Source: an uncultured Rivularia sp.
Lineage (GTDB): Bacteria > Cyanobacteriota > Cyanobacteriia > Cyanobacteriales > Nostocaceae
DNA length: 64,000 bases
Assembly: GCA_963665115.1 (NCBI GenBank)
Contig: OY762007.1
Location: 416,001-480,000, forward strand
Direction: 5' to 3'
A model generated the notes under the pieces. It ran no database searches, was not told the DNA's origin, and saw nothing but the letters and a program-made list of their open reading frames with translations. Numbering within the stretch: position 1 is the first letter of the stretch; each line of letters opens with the position of its first letter. Position numbers and translations under genes: made by a program. Shown here in pieces: positions 21,904 to 32,135 of this stretch.

Positions 21904-23322
21904 ATGCAAGACAACCTTAGACTAGAAAATTCACCGTCTCCCGAACTTTCCCGCCCGTCGCGATTAGCGGTGACGGTGGCAGCTTTTGCTATGGGTGGAG
22001 CTAGTATTTACACGCTGCAAAAGTTTATCGGTGGTGAAGTAGCGCAAAAACCACAAGCACCAATCCCAGCAATTCCAAAGATAGAAACGGTAACTGCGTT
22101 AGGAAGACTCGAACCCAAGGGAGAAGTTGTTCAGCTTTCTGCACCAGCAATGGGAGCAGAAGGAAGTCGAGTTGAGCAGTTACTTGTAAGGCAGGGAGAT
22201 AAGGTACAAACCGATCAAGTAATAGCGATTTTAGATAGTCGAGATCGGCTTATGGCTGCTTTTAAAGAAGCAAAGGAAGCTGTAAGAGTTGCTCAAGCTA
22301 ACCTTGCTTTGGTTAAAGCAGGTGCAAAACAAGGAGACATCAACGCCCAGAAAGCTGGTATTGCTCGCTTGCAGGCTGAAAAAACTACAGAAATCAAAGC
22401 ACAACAAGCAGCAATTAATAGATTGCAAGTTGAACAAACTACCGAAGCTAGAGCGCAACAAGCAACTATTAATCGATTGCAAGCTGAAAGAGTTAGAGAA
22501 ATAGAAGCGCAAAGAGCAACTATTGCTCGAAAAGAGGCAGAGTTAGAAAATGCTCGATTAGAATACCAGCGTTATCAAAGCTTGTACAAAGCAGGAGCGA
22601 TCGCCACATCTTTAAGAGACAGCAAGCGTTTGGTTGTACAAATAACAACAGAGCAATTAGCAGAAGCTAGAGCAAATCTACAACGGATCAAATCCTCCAA
22701 AGAGCAGCAATTAGCAGAAGCGCGAGCTAATTTAGAACGTATCCAATCATCCCGACAGCAGCAAGTTGCCCAAGAAAAAGCCAATTTAGAACGCATTCAA
22801 TCATCTTTAGAACAACAAATAAATCAAAGTAAAGCAACTTTAGAAAGTATCGCAGAAGTTCGAGCGGTAGATGTGGTAGTTGCTCAAGCAGAAATTAACC
22901 GAGCTGTCGCAGCAATGAATCGAGCAGAAGCAGATTTAAAGCAAGCTTACGTGCGTTCCCCTCAAAGTGGTCAAATATTTGACGTTCATACTCGCCCTGG
23001 GGAAAAAGTATCAAACGAAGGAATAGTTGAAATTGGTCAAACTAGTACTATGTACGCGATAGTCGAAGTTTACCAAAGCGACATTAATAAGATACGTTTG
23101 GGACAAGAAGTAGAACTTTTAGCTGATGCAGTACCGGGTAAATTAACCGGGATTGTAGATCGAATTGGCTTGCAGGTACTGCGGCAAAATGTAGTTAATA
23201 GCGATCCATCAACAAATATTGATTCCCGAATCATCGAAATTCACGTGCGTTTAAACGAAGAATCTAGCGAAAAAGCTGCCAGATTTACGAATTTACAAGT
23301 AAAAGCAGTTGTTGAAATTTAA
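21904..23322 (+). CDS. DevB-family membrane fusion protein
   Basis: TALGRLEPKGEVVQLSAP, long coiled coil, AIVEVYQSDI, FTNLQV. May be a paralogue rather than true devB. Confidence 0.9.
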   Translation: MQDNLRLENSPSPELSRPSRLAVTVAAFAMGGASIYTLQKFIGGEVAQKPQAPIPAIPKIETVTALGRLEPKGEVVQLSAPAMGAEGSRVEQLLVRQGDKVQTDQVIAILDSRDRLMAAFKEAKEAVRVAQANLALVKAGAKQGDINAQKAGIARLQAEKTTEIKAQQAAINRLQVEQTTEARAQQATINRLQAERVREIEAQRATIARKEAELENARLEYQRYQSLYKAGAIATSLRDSKRLVVQITTEQLAEARANLQRIKSSKEQQLAEARANLERIQSSRQQQVAQEKANLERIQSSLEQQINQSKATLESIAEVRAVDVVVAQAEINRAVAAMNRAEADLKQAYVRSPQSGQIFDVHTRPGEKVSNEGIVEIGQTSTMYAIVEVYQSDINKIRLGQEVELLADAVPGKLTGIVDRIGLQVLRQNVVNSDPSTNIDSRIIEIHVRLNEESSEKAARFTNLQVKAVVEI

Positions 23323-23545
23323 AAGAATTGGTAATTGGGAATAGGGCATTGGGAATAGGTAAGAAAAATAATGCTTGTTGAGTAACTTATTGATTGAGAA
23401 GTAGAAAAATTTAGTACATAAGGTACCGAATAAAAGTTATTGATTCACCCATTTAGACAAATTTTAAAAGCATATTAAAGGTTGACAGCTAAGAATTCAG
23501 AATTAATAAAATAATCTACCCCTAAGCCTCTTATTCCTATACCCA

Positions 23546-23579
23546 TTACCAATTACCAATTACCAATTACCAATTACCC
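23546..23579. repeat. STRR heptamer tract (ttaccaa)n
   Basis: Also at 24782-24815 and, reversed, at about 25549-25583. Confidence 0.8.
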
Positions 23580-23589
23580 TAAAATTAAT

Positions 23590-24771
23590 ATGATTGGATT
23601 TATCCAACAGTTACAAAGAAGAACTCCTTTAGGCTGGTTGCAATTAACTCGTCAAAAAGGACGTTTAGCAGTGGCACTATCGGGTGTTGCTTTTGCGGAT
23701 TTGCTGATGTTGATGCAGCTTGGTTTCCGAAGTGCTTTGTTTAATAGCGCGACTATATTACATGAGAGCTTAAAGGCAGATATCGTCTTGTTAAGTCCGC
23801 AAGCGCTTAATTTGCAAGATTTATCTACTTTTACTCGCAGACGACTTTATCAAGCAATGGACGTGCCGGGAGTCGCAAACGCAGAGCCAATTTACAACAG
23901 TCTTGTAACTTGGAAAAACCCCCAAACTGGTCTGAAGACACAGGTAATGATTATTGGGTTTAATCCCAATAAACCGGCGTTTGATTTGCCAGAGGTGAAT
24001 AACAATATTAATTCAATTAAACTGCCAGATACTATTTTATTTGATGAAGCAACTAGAGGCGAATATGGCGAAGTAATTGCTCAAATAAAACAAGGTAAAA
24101 CCGTAACAACAGAAATAAAAGGAAGAACTGTAACAATAGATAACTTGTTTAAAGTTGGGGCATCCTTTGCCGCCGATGGAACTTTAATGACTAGCGACCA
24201 AAACTTTTTAAGATTGTTTTCTAACCAAGACTCGGGAAGCGTTAATTTAGGTTTGATTAGTTTAAAACCTGGTTATGAAGCTGAAGAAGTAGCGGAAAAG
24301 TTAAAGTATCATCTCAGAAATGCCGATGATATCAAAATATTAACAAAAGAAGAATTTATTGAATTTGAAAAAGCCTACTGGCAAACCAATACCCCTATCG
24401 GATTTATTTTCGCTTTGGGTACAATGATGGGTTTTATTGTAGGAGTAATTATTGTTTATCAAGTACTTTCTACAGATGTTAACGCTCATATTAAAGAATA
24501 CGCGACTTTCAAAGCGATGGGCTATAAAAACTTCTTTTTACTAAGCGTAGTTTTTGAAGAAGCGATAATTCTAGCTATATTAGGTTTTCTTCCAGGGGCT
24601 GCGATTTCAACGGGACTATATGCACTTACCCGCAATGCAACCAATTTACCGCTTTACATGACCGTAGCAAGAGCAGTTCAAGTACAGGTTATGACCATTA
24701 TTATGTGCATGATTTCCGGTGCCGTAGCTACTCGTAAAGTCCAATCGGCAGATCCAGCAGATATGTTTTAA
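23590..24771 (+). CDS. devC: DevC-family ABC permease
   Basis: RRTPLGWLQL, VIIVYQVLSTDV..H.KEYATFKAMGY, ADPADMF. Confidence 0.9.
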   Translation: MIGFIQQLQRRTPLGWLQLTRQKGRLAVALSGVAFADLLMLMQLGFRSALFNSATILHESLKADIVLLSPQALNLQDLSTFTRRRLYQAMDVPGVANAEPIYNSLVTWKNPQTGLKTQVMIIGFNPNKPAFDLPEVNNNINSIKLPDTILFDEATRGEYGEVIAQIKQGKTVTTEIKGRTVTIDNLFKVGASFAADGTLMTSDQNFLRLFSNQDSGSVNLGLISLKPGYEAEEVAEKLKYHLRNADDIKILTKEEFIEFEKAYWQTNTPIGFIFALGTMMGFIVGVIIVYQVLSTDVNAHIKEYATFKAMGYKNFFLLSVVFEEAIILAILGFLPGAAISTGLYALTRNATNLPLYMTVARAVQVQVMTIIMCMISGAVATRKVQSADPADMF

Positions 24772-24832
24772 CGGTGAGCAGTTACCAATTACCAATTACC
24801 AATTACCAATTACCAGTTAGCTTACTTTATTT

Positions 24833-25549
24833 ATGAATTCTGTTATTTCGGTTCGCAATCTGAATCATTTTTTTGGGAAGGGGCAACTCCGCAAGCAGGT
24901 GTTGTTTGATATCAATTTGGATATTGGGGCTGGTGAAATTATTATTATGACTGGCCCTTCTGGTTCTGGTAAAACTACTCTGCTTACTTTGATTGGTGGG
25001 TTGCGTTCGGCTCAGGAGGGGAGTATGAAGGTTTTAAATAAAGAAATGTGTGGCGCTAAACCCAAACAATTAGTGCGAGCGCGACGTGATAATGGCTATA
25101 TATTTCAGGCTCATAATTTACACGAAAGTTTAACGGCTGTGCAAAATGTTCGCATGGGTTTGGAAGTACATGGAAATATTTCACCCAAAGATATGCATAC
25201 CCGTTCTGTTGAGATGTTGGATTTAGTTGGTTTGGGGAATCGTGTTAATTATTATCCGGATGATTTGTCTGGAGGGCAAAAGCAGAGAGTGGCGATCGCC
25301 AGAGCTTTGGTAGCTCGTCCTAAAATTGTCTTGGCGGATGAACCAACTGCTGCGCTTGATAAAAAATCTGGTCGAGATGTGGTGAATTTAATGCAGTCTT
25401 TAGCGAAAGAACAAGGCTGTACGATTCTTTTGGTAACTCACGATAATCGTATTTTAGATATAGCCGACCGCATTGTATATATGGAAGATGGCAAGCTGGC
25501 TAAAAATCCTGTGGAAGCTGAGGTTCCTACTGCTGTTGTGGGGGAATAG
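24833..25549 (+). CDS. DevA-family ABC ATPase
   Basis: GPSGSGKTT, LSGGQKQRVAIARAL, LADEPTAALD. Confidence 0.92.
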   Translation: MNSVISVRNLNHFFGKGQLRKQVLFDINLDIGAGEIIIMTGPSGSGKTTLLTLIGGLRSAQEGSMKVLNKEMCGAKPKQLVRARRDNGYIFQAHNLHESLTAVQNVRMGLEVHGNISPKDMHTRSVEMLDLVGLGNRVNYYPDDLSGGQKQRVAIARALVARPKIVLADEPTAALDKKSGRDVVNLMQSLAKEQGCTILLVTHDNRILDIADRIVYMEDGKLAKNPVEAEVPTAVVGE

Positions 25550-25742
25550 GTAATAGGTAATTGGTAATTGGTAATTGGTAATTAGGAATGGGGAACGGGG
25601 AACAGTAATATAATTTAAACTCTTGTGGTACAGTCATCCTGCCCGTTCTAATTTCATGAAAAACTAATTTTATAAATACATTAAAAAGACGTAGCACTGC
25701 TACGTCTCTACATTAATTTCTATTTTTTATTACAGACAGCTA

Positions 25743-25946
25743 TTAGTATCCAACGATGTGAAGTAAATCGCGAACTACGCTGTAACCAGCTAAATCCCAT
25801 GCTAGGTAAGCTACGAAACCAATCATTGCTAAACGTCCGTTCCATAGTTCAGCTTGAGGATTGAAGCCGAAAAGAAAAGAGTTGCGGTCTTTGCCGTTAT
25901 ACGCTGGTGCTACTGGTGGTAAATCGGTTTTTGTTGGAGATTGCAT
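25743..25946 (-). CDS. High-light-inducible protein (HLIP/SCP)
   Basis: AELWNGRLAMIGF chlorophyll-binding motif. Confidence 0.9.
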   Translation of the reverse strand: MQSPTKTDLPPVAPAYNGKDRNSFLFGFNPQAELWNGRLAMIGFVAYLAWDLAGYSVVRDLLHIVGY

Positions 25947-26468
25947 AATTAATTATTGCGGTTAAATTTATCTGTATGTTTCTAATGTAACGATTGATTA
26001 AAAAACTTGTTTCTGTCTAAAGACACAAGTTCGTTACATTTCTTCATGCTGATAAATCTACCTATAGGAGGTGAAAAATTTTATATTCATAAACATATGT
26101 TAAGGAAAGATGACATAATGCTATGTGAGTGATATGTGATTTGTCATTTTAAAATTGTTATTAATTAAGTAAAAATAAGTTATAGCAGTACTTTCAGGGA
26201 TCTATAATTTGATTTATTTAAGTAATTGAGGATGCAGCGAGTGCAGAATTAATTACAAGTAATAGACTTAAGCAAAAAAACTTCTATCTAATGCCCTATG
26301 GCTTTGGGCAATTTTTCTCACTTACGAGAGATGTTTAAAAGGGCTATATTGCTGGATTCTTAAGCTTAACAACTGGGTATTGCATGAATAAACAAAATTG
26401 ATTTTGCCGTCTTTTACACCGTTTTTGTTTTCCCCACACCAAAAGTTAACTTAGAGGAAGTTATTAGG

Positions 26469-29400
26469 ATGATTGAAAGTACGCATATAATACCTTTGCT
26501 ACCCAATATGACTTGGATAGCGCAGTTTTCCGATCCAGTCGAACCTTTAGCCCCATCTACAGCTTCCGTTGTTTTTGACGGGCCAAGGTTTTTTATTGCT
26601 TTGATTGCCGGTATTATCCTAGCTTTCGCCGCTCAGTTAGTATTAACAAATGCAGCAGTGGCTGCTGGCCTTTCATTTTTAGGTGGTTCATCTGATTCGG
26701 ACTCGAACTCAAATAATGATGGTCAAAGCGAAAGTTTAGGTAGCACTATTGGTAAGATAGGTACCGCTGTTGGTTTAGGTACGTTACTTTCGGTAACTGC
26801 TTCACTTTTCTTTGCCTGTCTCTTAGGGGTGAGACTCAGTGGATTGTCTATAGACGTAGCTTTAGGGGCAATTCTGGGGTTAGTAATTTGGGCCGCGTAC
26901 TTTTGTCTTCTGGTGTGGGTTAGTTCGACTGCGGTGGGTTCTTTAGTTGGTAACGTCGTTAATTCGGCAACTTCTGGACTTCAAGCAATCGCAGGAACTG
27001 CTACCGCCGCATTGGGAGCAAAAGCTGTAAACAAGCAGGTTGTCGCTACCGCAGAAGCAGCAGCCTCAGCGGTTCGTCACGAAATCGGTAATGCGATCGA
27101 CCCCGAAAGCATCAAGGAAAATTTAGAAGATTACTTGGATACGGTACGTCCCAAAGAGTTGGACGTACAATCAATACGTAAAGAATTTGAAAATCTACTT
27201 TCAGATGCATCACTTAACTCGCTAGCAGGTGCTGCGGAACTGCGTAATATTGATAAACAAAAGTTTGTAGAATTGGTTAGCAGTCGTACCGATCTTTCCA
27301 AAAAAGAAGTTAGACGGATTGCCGATACTTTATATGATGTTTGGAAGCAGACGGTAGGCTCTCAACAAGCTAGTTTGCCTAGTGCTGGAAACGGTTTGAG
27401 CGAACTGGTTGACTATCTCAAAACTGTTGCACCGGGACAAAGTAAAACTGATGAACTTGATGCTAAGTTAGATAGAGTTATTAGTGAAATGCGTTCCCAG
27501 AATCAAGGTAGTGGCAGTCAAGGACAGTCGTCAAGCCAGCAATCCGGGGGTGTATTGCAGATGGCCATACCACAAGCTTTAACAACCCTCAGTAGCGTGG
27601 TAATGGGAAGAACTGACCTATCCGATTTGGATGTAGAAAAGATTCTTGGTCAAATTACCCAAGCTAAAGATAAAGCTACCGTTCAAGCAGATAAGATGGG
27701 ACTTCCTACACCATCCCAGCCTTACAGCACCATTCGCGCTGATGTTGAAAATTATCTGCACAATACTTTTGCTTGGCAGTTTAGCGATGAAAAAGTTCGG
27801 CAGGAATTTCGCGACGTACTTTACGATCCAGCAGCAGATCCAGGTACGGTACGCCAGGAGTTGGAAAAGCTCGATCGCAGCGATTTTGTTAGCATTCTCA
27901 AACAGCGTGGTTTGTTAACTCAAACTGAGATCGTGCAAATTGCCAACCAGTTGGAAGCAGTTCGTAAAGGTGTGCTGGTACAGGTAAGGGCTGAGGAAGA
28001 AAAAGAAATAGTCTTAGATTTGCAGCGTCAGGTAGAAAGCTATTTGCTAGTAACTTCAAAGTCAGAATTAGATGCTGAAGGAATCAAGCAAAATTTCAAA
28101 CCAATTATAGAAGATTCGGATGCTGATTACGAGACATTAGCCATGCGCTTGTCTCGATTTGACCGGGGACAAATGCGTGGGATACTCGCACAGCGTAACG
28201 ATATTACTTCTGGGGAAATCGACCCAATTCTTGATGAATTGGAGCAACAGCGCGATCAAGCTTTGATTGAATCCAAAGGACTTGCAGATCAAGCGAAGTA
28301 TCAAGCAGAAAGCCTGTGGTTAAATTTAGAATCATACCTGCGTAATACAGGTAAAGAACAACTCAACCCCGATGCAATTCGCGGTGAGTTGAAAACTGCA
28401 CTACAAGATCCCCAAGCGGGAATGACAGCAATTCAGGCGCGATTAGCGCGTTTTGACCGCGACACTTTGGTACAATTGCTCAATCAACGTCAAGATTTGA
28501 GCGAAGACCAAATCAATGAAACCATTGATACTGTAGAACAGTCTTGGAGTAGCGTTCGTCATGCTCCTGGAAAGGTGGTAGATAAAGCCAAAGCTCAGTA
28601 CGACGACGTAACCACTACAATTGCAGACTATCTACGCAACACTGGTAAATCGGAACTTAACCCCGAAGGGATTCAGCGAGACTTTAATAAACTGTTTGAA
28701 AATCCCCAAGAAGGTGCCCTTTCTCTACGCCGCAGATTGTCGCAAGTTGATAGAGACACCTTAGTAAAACTACTGAGTCAGCGACAAGATATGAGCGAAG
28801 ATGAAGTTAACCAAACAATAGATTCGGTACAATCTTCAATTCGCGATATCATCCGTGCGCCAAAACGTATGGCTAGCCGTACCCAACAAAGAGTACAAGA
28901 CTTCCAAGCATATTTAGAAGAGTACCTGCGTCAAACCGGCAAGCAAGAACTTAACCCAGAAGGTATTAAACGCGACCTCAATCTGTTGTTAAACGATCCG
29001 CGAGTGGGAATGGATAGTTTAGGCGATCGCCTTTCTAAATTTGACCGTTCCACCATAGTTGCTTTGCTAAAAATTCGTGGAGACATGAGCAACCAGGAAG
29101 CCGAGCAAATTGCCGATAACATCATGTCAGTACGCGAGCAATTTGTAGCTCAGGTAAGAGGAATTCAGCGCCAGATTCAAGATACAATAGATGGAGTATT
29201 CGACCGAATTCGCTATTACCTCAACTCCTTGGAACGTCCCGAACTAAATTACGATGGCATCAAGCGCGATGTTCGCCAATTGTTCTACGATCCACAAGCG
29301 GGATTTGATGCCTTACGCGGTAGGTTATCATCATTCAACCGAGACACCTATGTAGCGCTAATGAGTTCTCGCGATGACATTTCCGAAACAGATGCCAACA

Positions 29401-29636
29401 AAGTCATCGATCAAATCGAGAATGCACGCAACAGCGTATTAAGAAGAGCAGAAAGAATCCAAGAAGAAGCACAGCGACGCTTGGAAGAAGTTAAGTACCA
29501 AGCCCAGAAGCAAGCCGAAGAAACCCGTAAAGCAGCAGCATCAGCAGCTACCTGGTTACTTGCAACAGCGGTTGTATCTGGTATTGCTTCGGCAGGTGCT
29601 GGAGCTTTAGCTGTATATTTTAATGCACCAGGCTAA
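26469..29636 (+). CDS. Large membrane protein with N- and C-terminal TM helices and 98-aa helical repeats
   Basis: Repeats YLR.TGK.ELNP.GI.RD...DP..G start at 28335, 28629, 28923 and 29217 (294-nt period). Confidence 0.8.
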   Translation: MIESTHIIPLLPNMTWIAQFSDPVEPLAPSTASVVFDGPRFFIALIAGIILAFAAQLVLTNAAVAAGLSFLGGSSDSDSNSNNDGQSESLGSTIGKIGTAVGLGTLLSVTASLFFACLLGVRLSGLSIDVALGAILGLVIWAAYFCLLVWVSSTAVGSLVGNVVNSATSGLQAIAGTATAALGAKAVNKQVVATAEAAASAVRHEIGNAIDPESIKENLEDYLDTVRPKELDVQSIRKEFENLLSDASLNSLAGAAELRNIDKQKFVELVSSRTDLSKKEVRRIADTLYDVWKQTVGSQQASLPSAGNGLSELVDYLKTVAPGQSKTDELDAKLDRVISEMRSQNQGSGSQGQSSSQQSGGVLQMAIPQALTTLSSVVMGRTDLSDLDVEKILGQITQAKDKATVQADKMGLPTPSQPYSTIRADVENYLHNTFAWQFSDEKVRQEFRDVLYDPAADPGTVRQELEKLDRSDFVSILKQRGLLTQTEIVQIANQLEAVRKGVLVQVRAEEEKEIVLDLQRQVESYLLVTSKSELDAEGIKQNFKPIIEDSDADYETLAMRLSRFDRGQMRGILAQRNDITSGEIDPILDELEQQRDQALIESKGLADQAKYQAESLWLNLESYLRNTGKEQLNPDAIRGELKTALQDPQAGMTAIQARLARFDRDTLVQLLNQRQDLSEDQINETIDTVEQSWSSVRHAPGKVVDKAKAQYDDVTTTIADYLRNTGKSELNPEGIQRDFNKLFENPQEGALSLRRRLSQVDRDTLVKLLSQRQDMSEDEVNQTIDSVQSSIRDIIRAPKRMASRTQQRVQDFQAYLEEYLRQTGKQELNPEGIKRDLNLLLNDPRVGMDSLGDRLSKFDRSTIVALLKIRGDMSNQEAEQIADNIMSVREQFVAQVRGIQRQIQDTIDGVFDRIRYYLNSLERPELNYDGIKRDVRQLFYDPQAGFDALRGRLSSFNRDTYVALMSSRDDISETDANKVIDQIENARNSVLRRAERIQEEAQRRLEEVKYQAQKQAEETRKAAASAATWLLATAVVSGIASAGAGALAVYFNAPG

Positions 29637-29684
29637 TTTAAGTTAATTTCAAATTAATTCAAATTGTCTTCGCTAAATTCCACC

Positions 29685-29712
29685 AGTCTCTCGTTATGAG
29701 GGGCTTTTTTTT
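29685..29712 (+). terminator. Rho-independent terminator
   Basis: agtctctc-gttat-gaggggct followed by a T-run. Confidence 0.6.
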
Positions 29713-29754
29713 GCAGTTAACAGCGAGCAGTTACCAGTAATGAGTATTTCTTTT

Positions 29755-30093
29755 TAGCGACTTCCAAATTAAAAAATAGAAATATCCTGCTTTAGATCGC
29801 GTAGTGCGTTAACGAAGTGTGTCCGCAAGGACATACTTCTAGCTCGCTGGTTGTAACGAGGGAGCGAGACGCTCCCACTACAAGTAATTTACCCAGCTTT
29901 CATTAATGTGGTGGAGTATTAGTAGTTGATTGCATAAATTCTGAAGGGTTGTAGAGACGTTATACATAACGTCTCCCGAAGGTTACGGGAAAACGAACCT
30001 GTCAAATTTAATGCAATCGACTACTAGAGACACATAGCGAGCAAGATGCTCGCACTACCGTCGCAGGATGAATTATTTTTTGGAAATCCCTTA
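29755..30093. mobile_element. Nested MITE-like/REP composite
   Basis: Outer imperfect TIR tagcgacttccaaa / tttggaaatccctta; inner TIR 29920-29940 / 30005-30026; GTAG hairpins at 29801, 29859, 29951, 30036. Confidence 0.6.
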
Positions 30094-30106
30094 TATTATC
30101 CGAAAT

Positions 30107-30566
30107 TCACAAAATACTAAGATAAGTTTGCTCCGAATTCATTGGTAAAACTCTCAGCTTACGGTTTCTTAAATCGGGTTTCTAAACCTAAAACTGACCT
30201 TGGAGTTACACCTAATAAAGCGAATGTTACTTCTGTAAGCTCTAAACAATCAAAAGTACCTTGACGGTTTTCCACGCATAAATCAACATCACGAAAAATT
30301 CTTCCCTTCTGAACCCCGGCGCTGGTTTCTACCCTTGCTTCTCCACCTTGAACTAAACCTAATTGAGCGATTACAGCAGAAGGTAAACACAGTAAAGTTG
30401 CTCCTGTATCCACTAAAACATCAGTCAAAGTAGTTTTTCGTACTTCTTCTGCGGGAATAAAACCTCTTTCAGCTAAAACCTGGTCAATTCTGTTTGTAAC
30501 GGTGAGAGTAGCAATTACTTGCCCCATCTGTTTTCCCTGAAGATTTGGCATTTTTAGTTTACCCAT
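30107..30566 (-). CDS. Clan AA (retropepsin-like) aspartic protease, apparent frameshift near 30180
   Basis: VLVDTGATLLCLP and ALLGV motifs. Removing one base at T-run 30179-30181 gives LEPDLRNRKLRVLPMNSEQTYLSIL*. Confidence 0.8.
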
Positions 30567-30867
30567 TACCCACCTTTAACTAATTTTTCGACTTGAGAAA
30601 CCGATAAACTTGTTAATTTAGCTATCTCTTCTACCGCCATTCCTTGCTGTAACAAATTCATTGCAACCTGTTTTAATTGTGATTCTGCAAGTTCAGCACG
30701 CTGTCTTTGTTGTTCTGCGATATCATCAGAAGTTCGTAATAATTCACCTTTGATAGTTACCCAAGTTTATGCCGTTGAGTTTCCATTGGTACACCATCAT
30801 CACAGGGAAGTTCGTATTGCGTTGGGGGTAGTGTTACGTTAGTTTCAGATACAGTAATTTCTGACAT
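30566..30867 (-). pseudogene. Uma2-family endonuclease remnant with internal deletion
   Basis: N-terminus LPPTQYELPCDDGVPMETQRHK is joined out of frame to the C-terminus WVTIKGELLRTSDDIAEQQRQRAELAE...; the nuclease core is missing. Confidence 0.75.
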
Positions 30868-31263
30868 GGCTGCAAGCAAGGAAGCTAATTCATCACCCCT
30901 TTATTCTATTTCATAGAAGGAAGCGGCAATTTCTCAATCAAAATCATCGCACCAGCAACCCGATACTCTTTACGGGCGATCGCCTACTTTTCTCTAATTT
31001 TCACAGAGGATGCAATTTGGCTAAACAAATATTTTTTTATTTATATGTTACGGGAGAAAAATGTCCCCTATGTGAGATAATTAAAAATATAAAAACAAAG
31101 CTAACTTTTTATAATGGCAATCTGTCTCAAATTTTTAACGAAGTTTATATTCCCATTATAAAAAATACCTTATATATCTAATTGTATCAGACAAGCGATT
31201 GCCAAGAAACATTTTTTGAGCAGTATTTGAAGAAAATCGAACGGTGAAGCTTTTTAGACATAA

Positions 31264-31968
31264 TCAAAGCTTCATTATCACCATCCAAGCGACACCGATG
31301 AGCAAACCCGCACCTTGGGCTAAATAACCCGCACCAATTGGATTGACACCGCCGGGAACATTTAAACTACCAATGCCGTAAAATAACTGTTGCACAAACC
31401 ACCAAAAACAATAGAAAAAAGCCGGTAGTTCGACGGGAATATACAAAATTACCAGCGGTAAAATAGAATCAATTTTAACTTTGGGGAACTTATAAATATA
31501 TGCTCCCAAAACAGATGCAACTGCACCGTTAGCACCTACTAAAGGGACAGCTAAACTAGGTTGGGCAATAATTTGTACTATCCCAGTCAAAAAACCGCAA
31601 AATAGATAGAATAATAAAAAACGTCTGCTACCAAGAATTTTCTCTAAAGTATTGCCGAAAACCCATAAAAATATTAAATTACCAATGATTTGGCTGTAGC
31701 TACCATGAATAAACATTCCTGAAAATATTGTTAACGAACGCCAAAATACGATTAATCCAGCAGCCGGATTTCCATTTATGGCACTACCAAAAGCAGTACT
31801 AAATTGTTCCGGAATCAAACCCCAATTATTGAAAAATGTAGCCAGTTCACCATTTATTTCTAATTTTATTTCCCATAAAAACAAAGCAACATTGATACCA
31901 ATTAAAAACCAAACCGCTAACGGCTTTTTATTAGTCAAAAGAAAAATTTTATCGCCTATAGGAATCAT
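31264..31968 (-). CDS. Rhomboid-family protein lacking catalytic residues
   Basis: MFIHG..QIIGN..FLWVFG..LE..LG; GANG instead of GASG; YLAQGAG instead of Y.AH.GG. Confidence 0.85.
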   Translation of the reverse strand: MIPIGDKIFLLTNKKPLAVWFLIGINVALFLWEIKLEINGELATFFNNWGLIPEQFSTAFGSAINGNPAAGLIVFWRSLTIFSGMFIHGSYSQIIGNLIFLWVFGNTLEKILGSRRFLLFYLFCGFLTGIVQIIAQPSLAVPLVGANGAVASVLGAYIYKFPKVKIDSILPLVILYIPVELPAFFYCFWWFVQQLFYGIGSLNVPGGVNPIGAGYLAQGAGLLIGVAWMVIMKL

Positions 31969-32135
31969 ATAATTTTGGATTTTAGATTTTGGATTTTGGA
32001 TTAAAAATTGTAGAGACGTAGCACTGCTACGTCTATTGTTAAGTTAGGAGTCAAAAGTTAGGAGTTGCAAGTTATAAAATAACGAATAATCTAATAATTG
32101 ATAATTGATAATTGATAATTGATAACTGTATAAAA

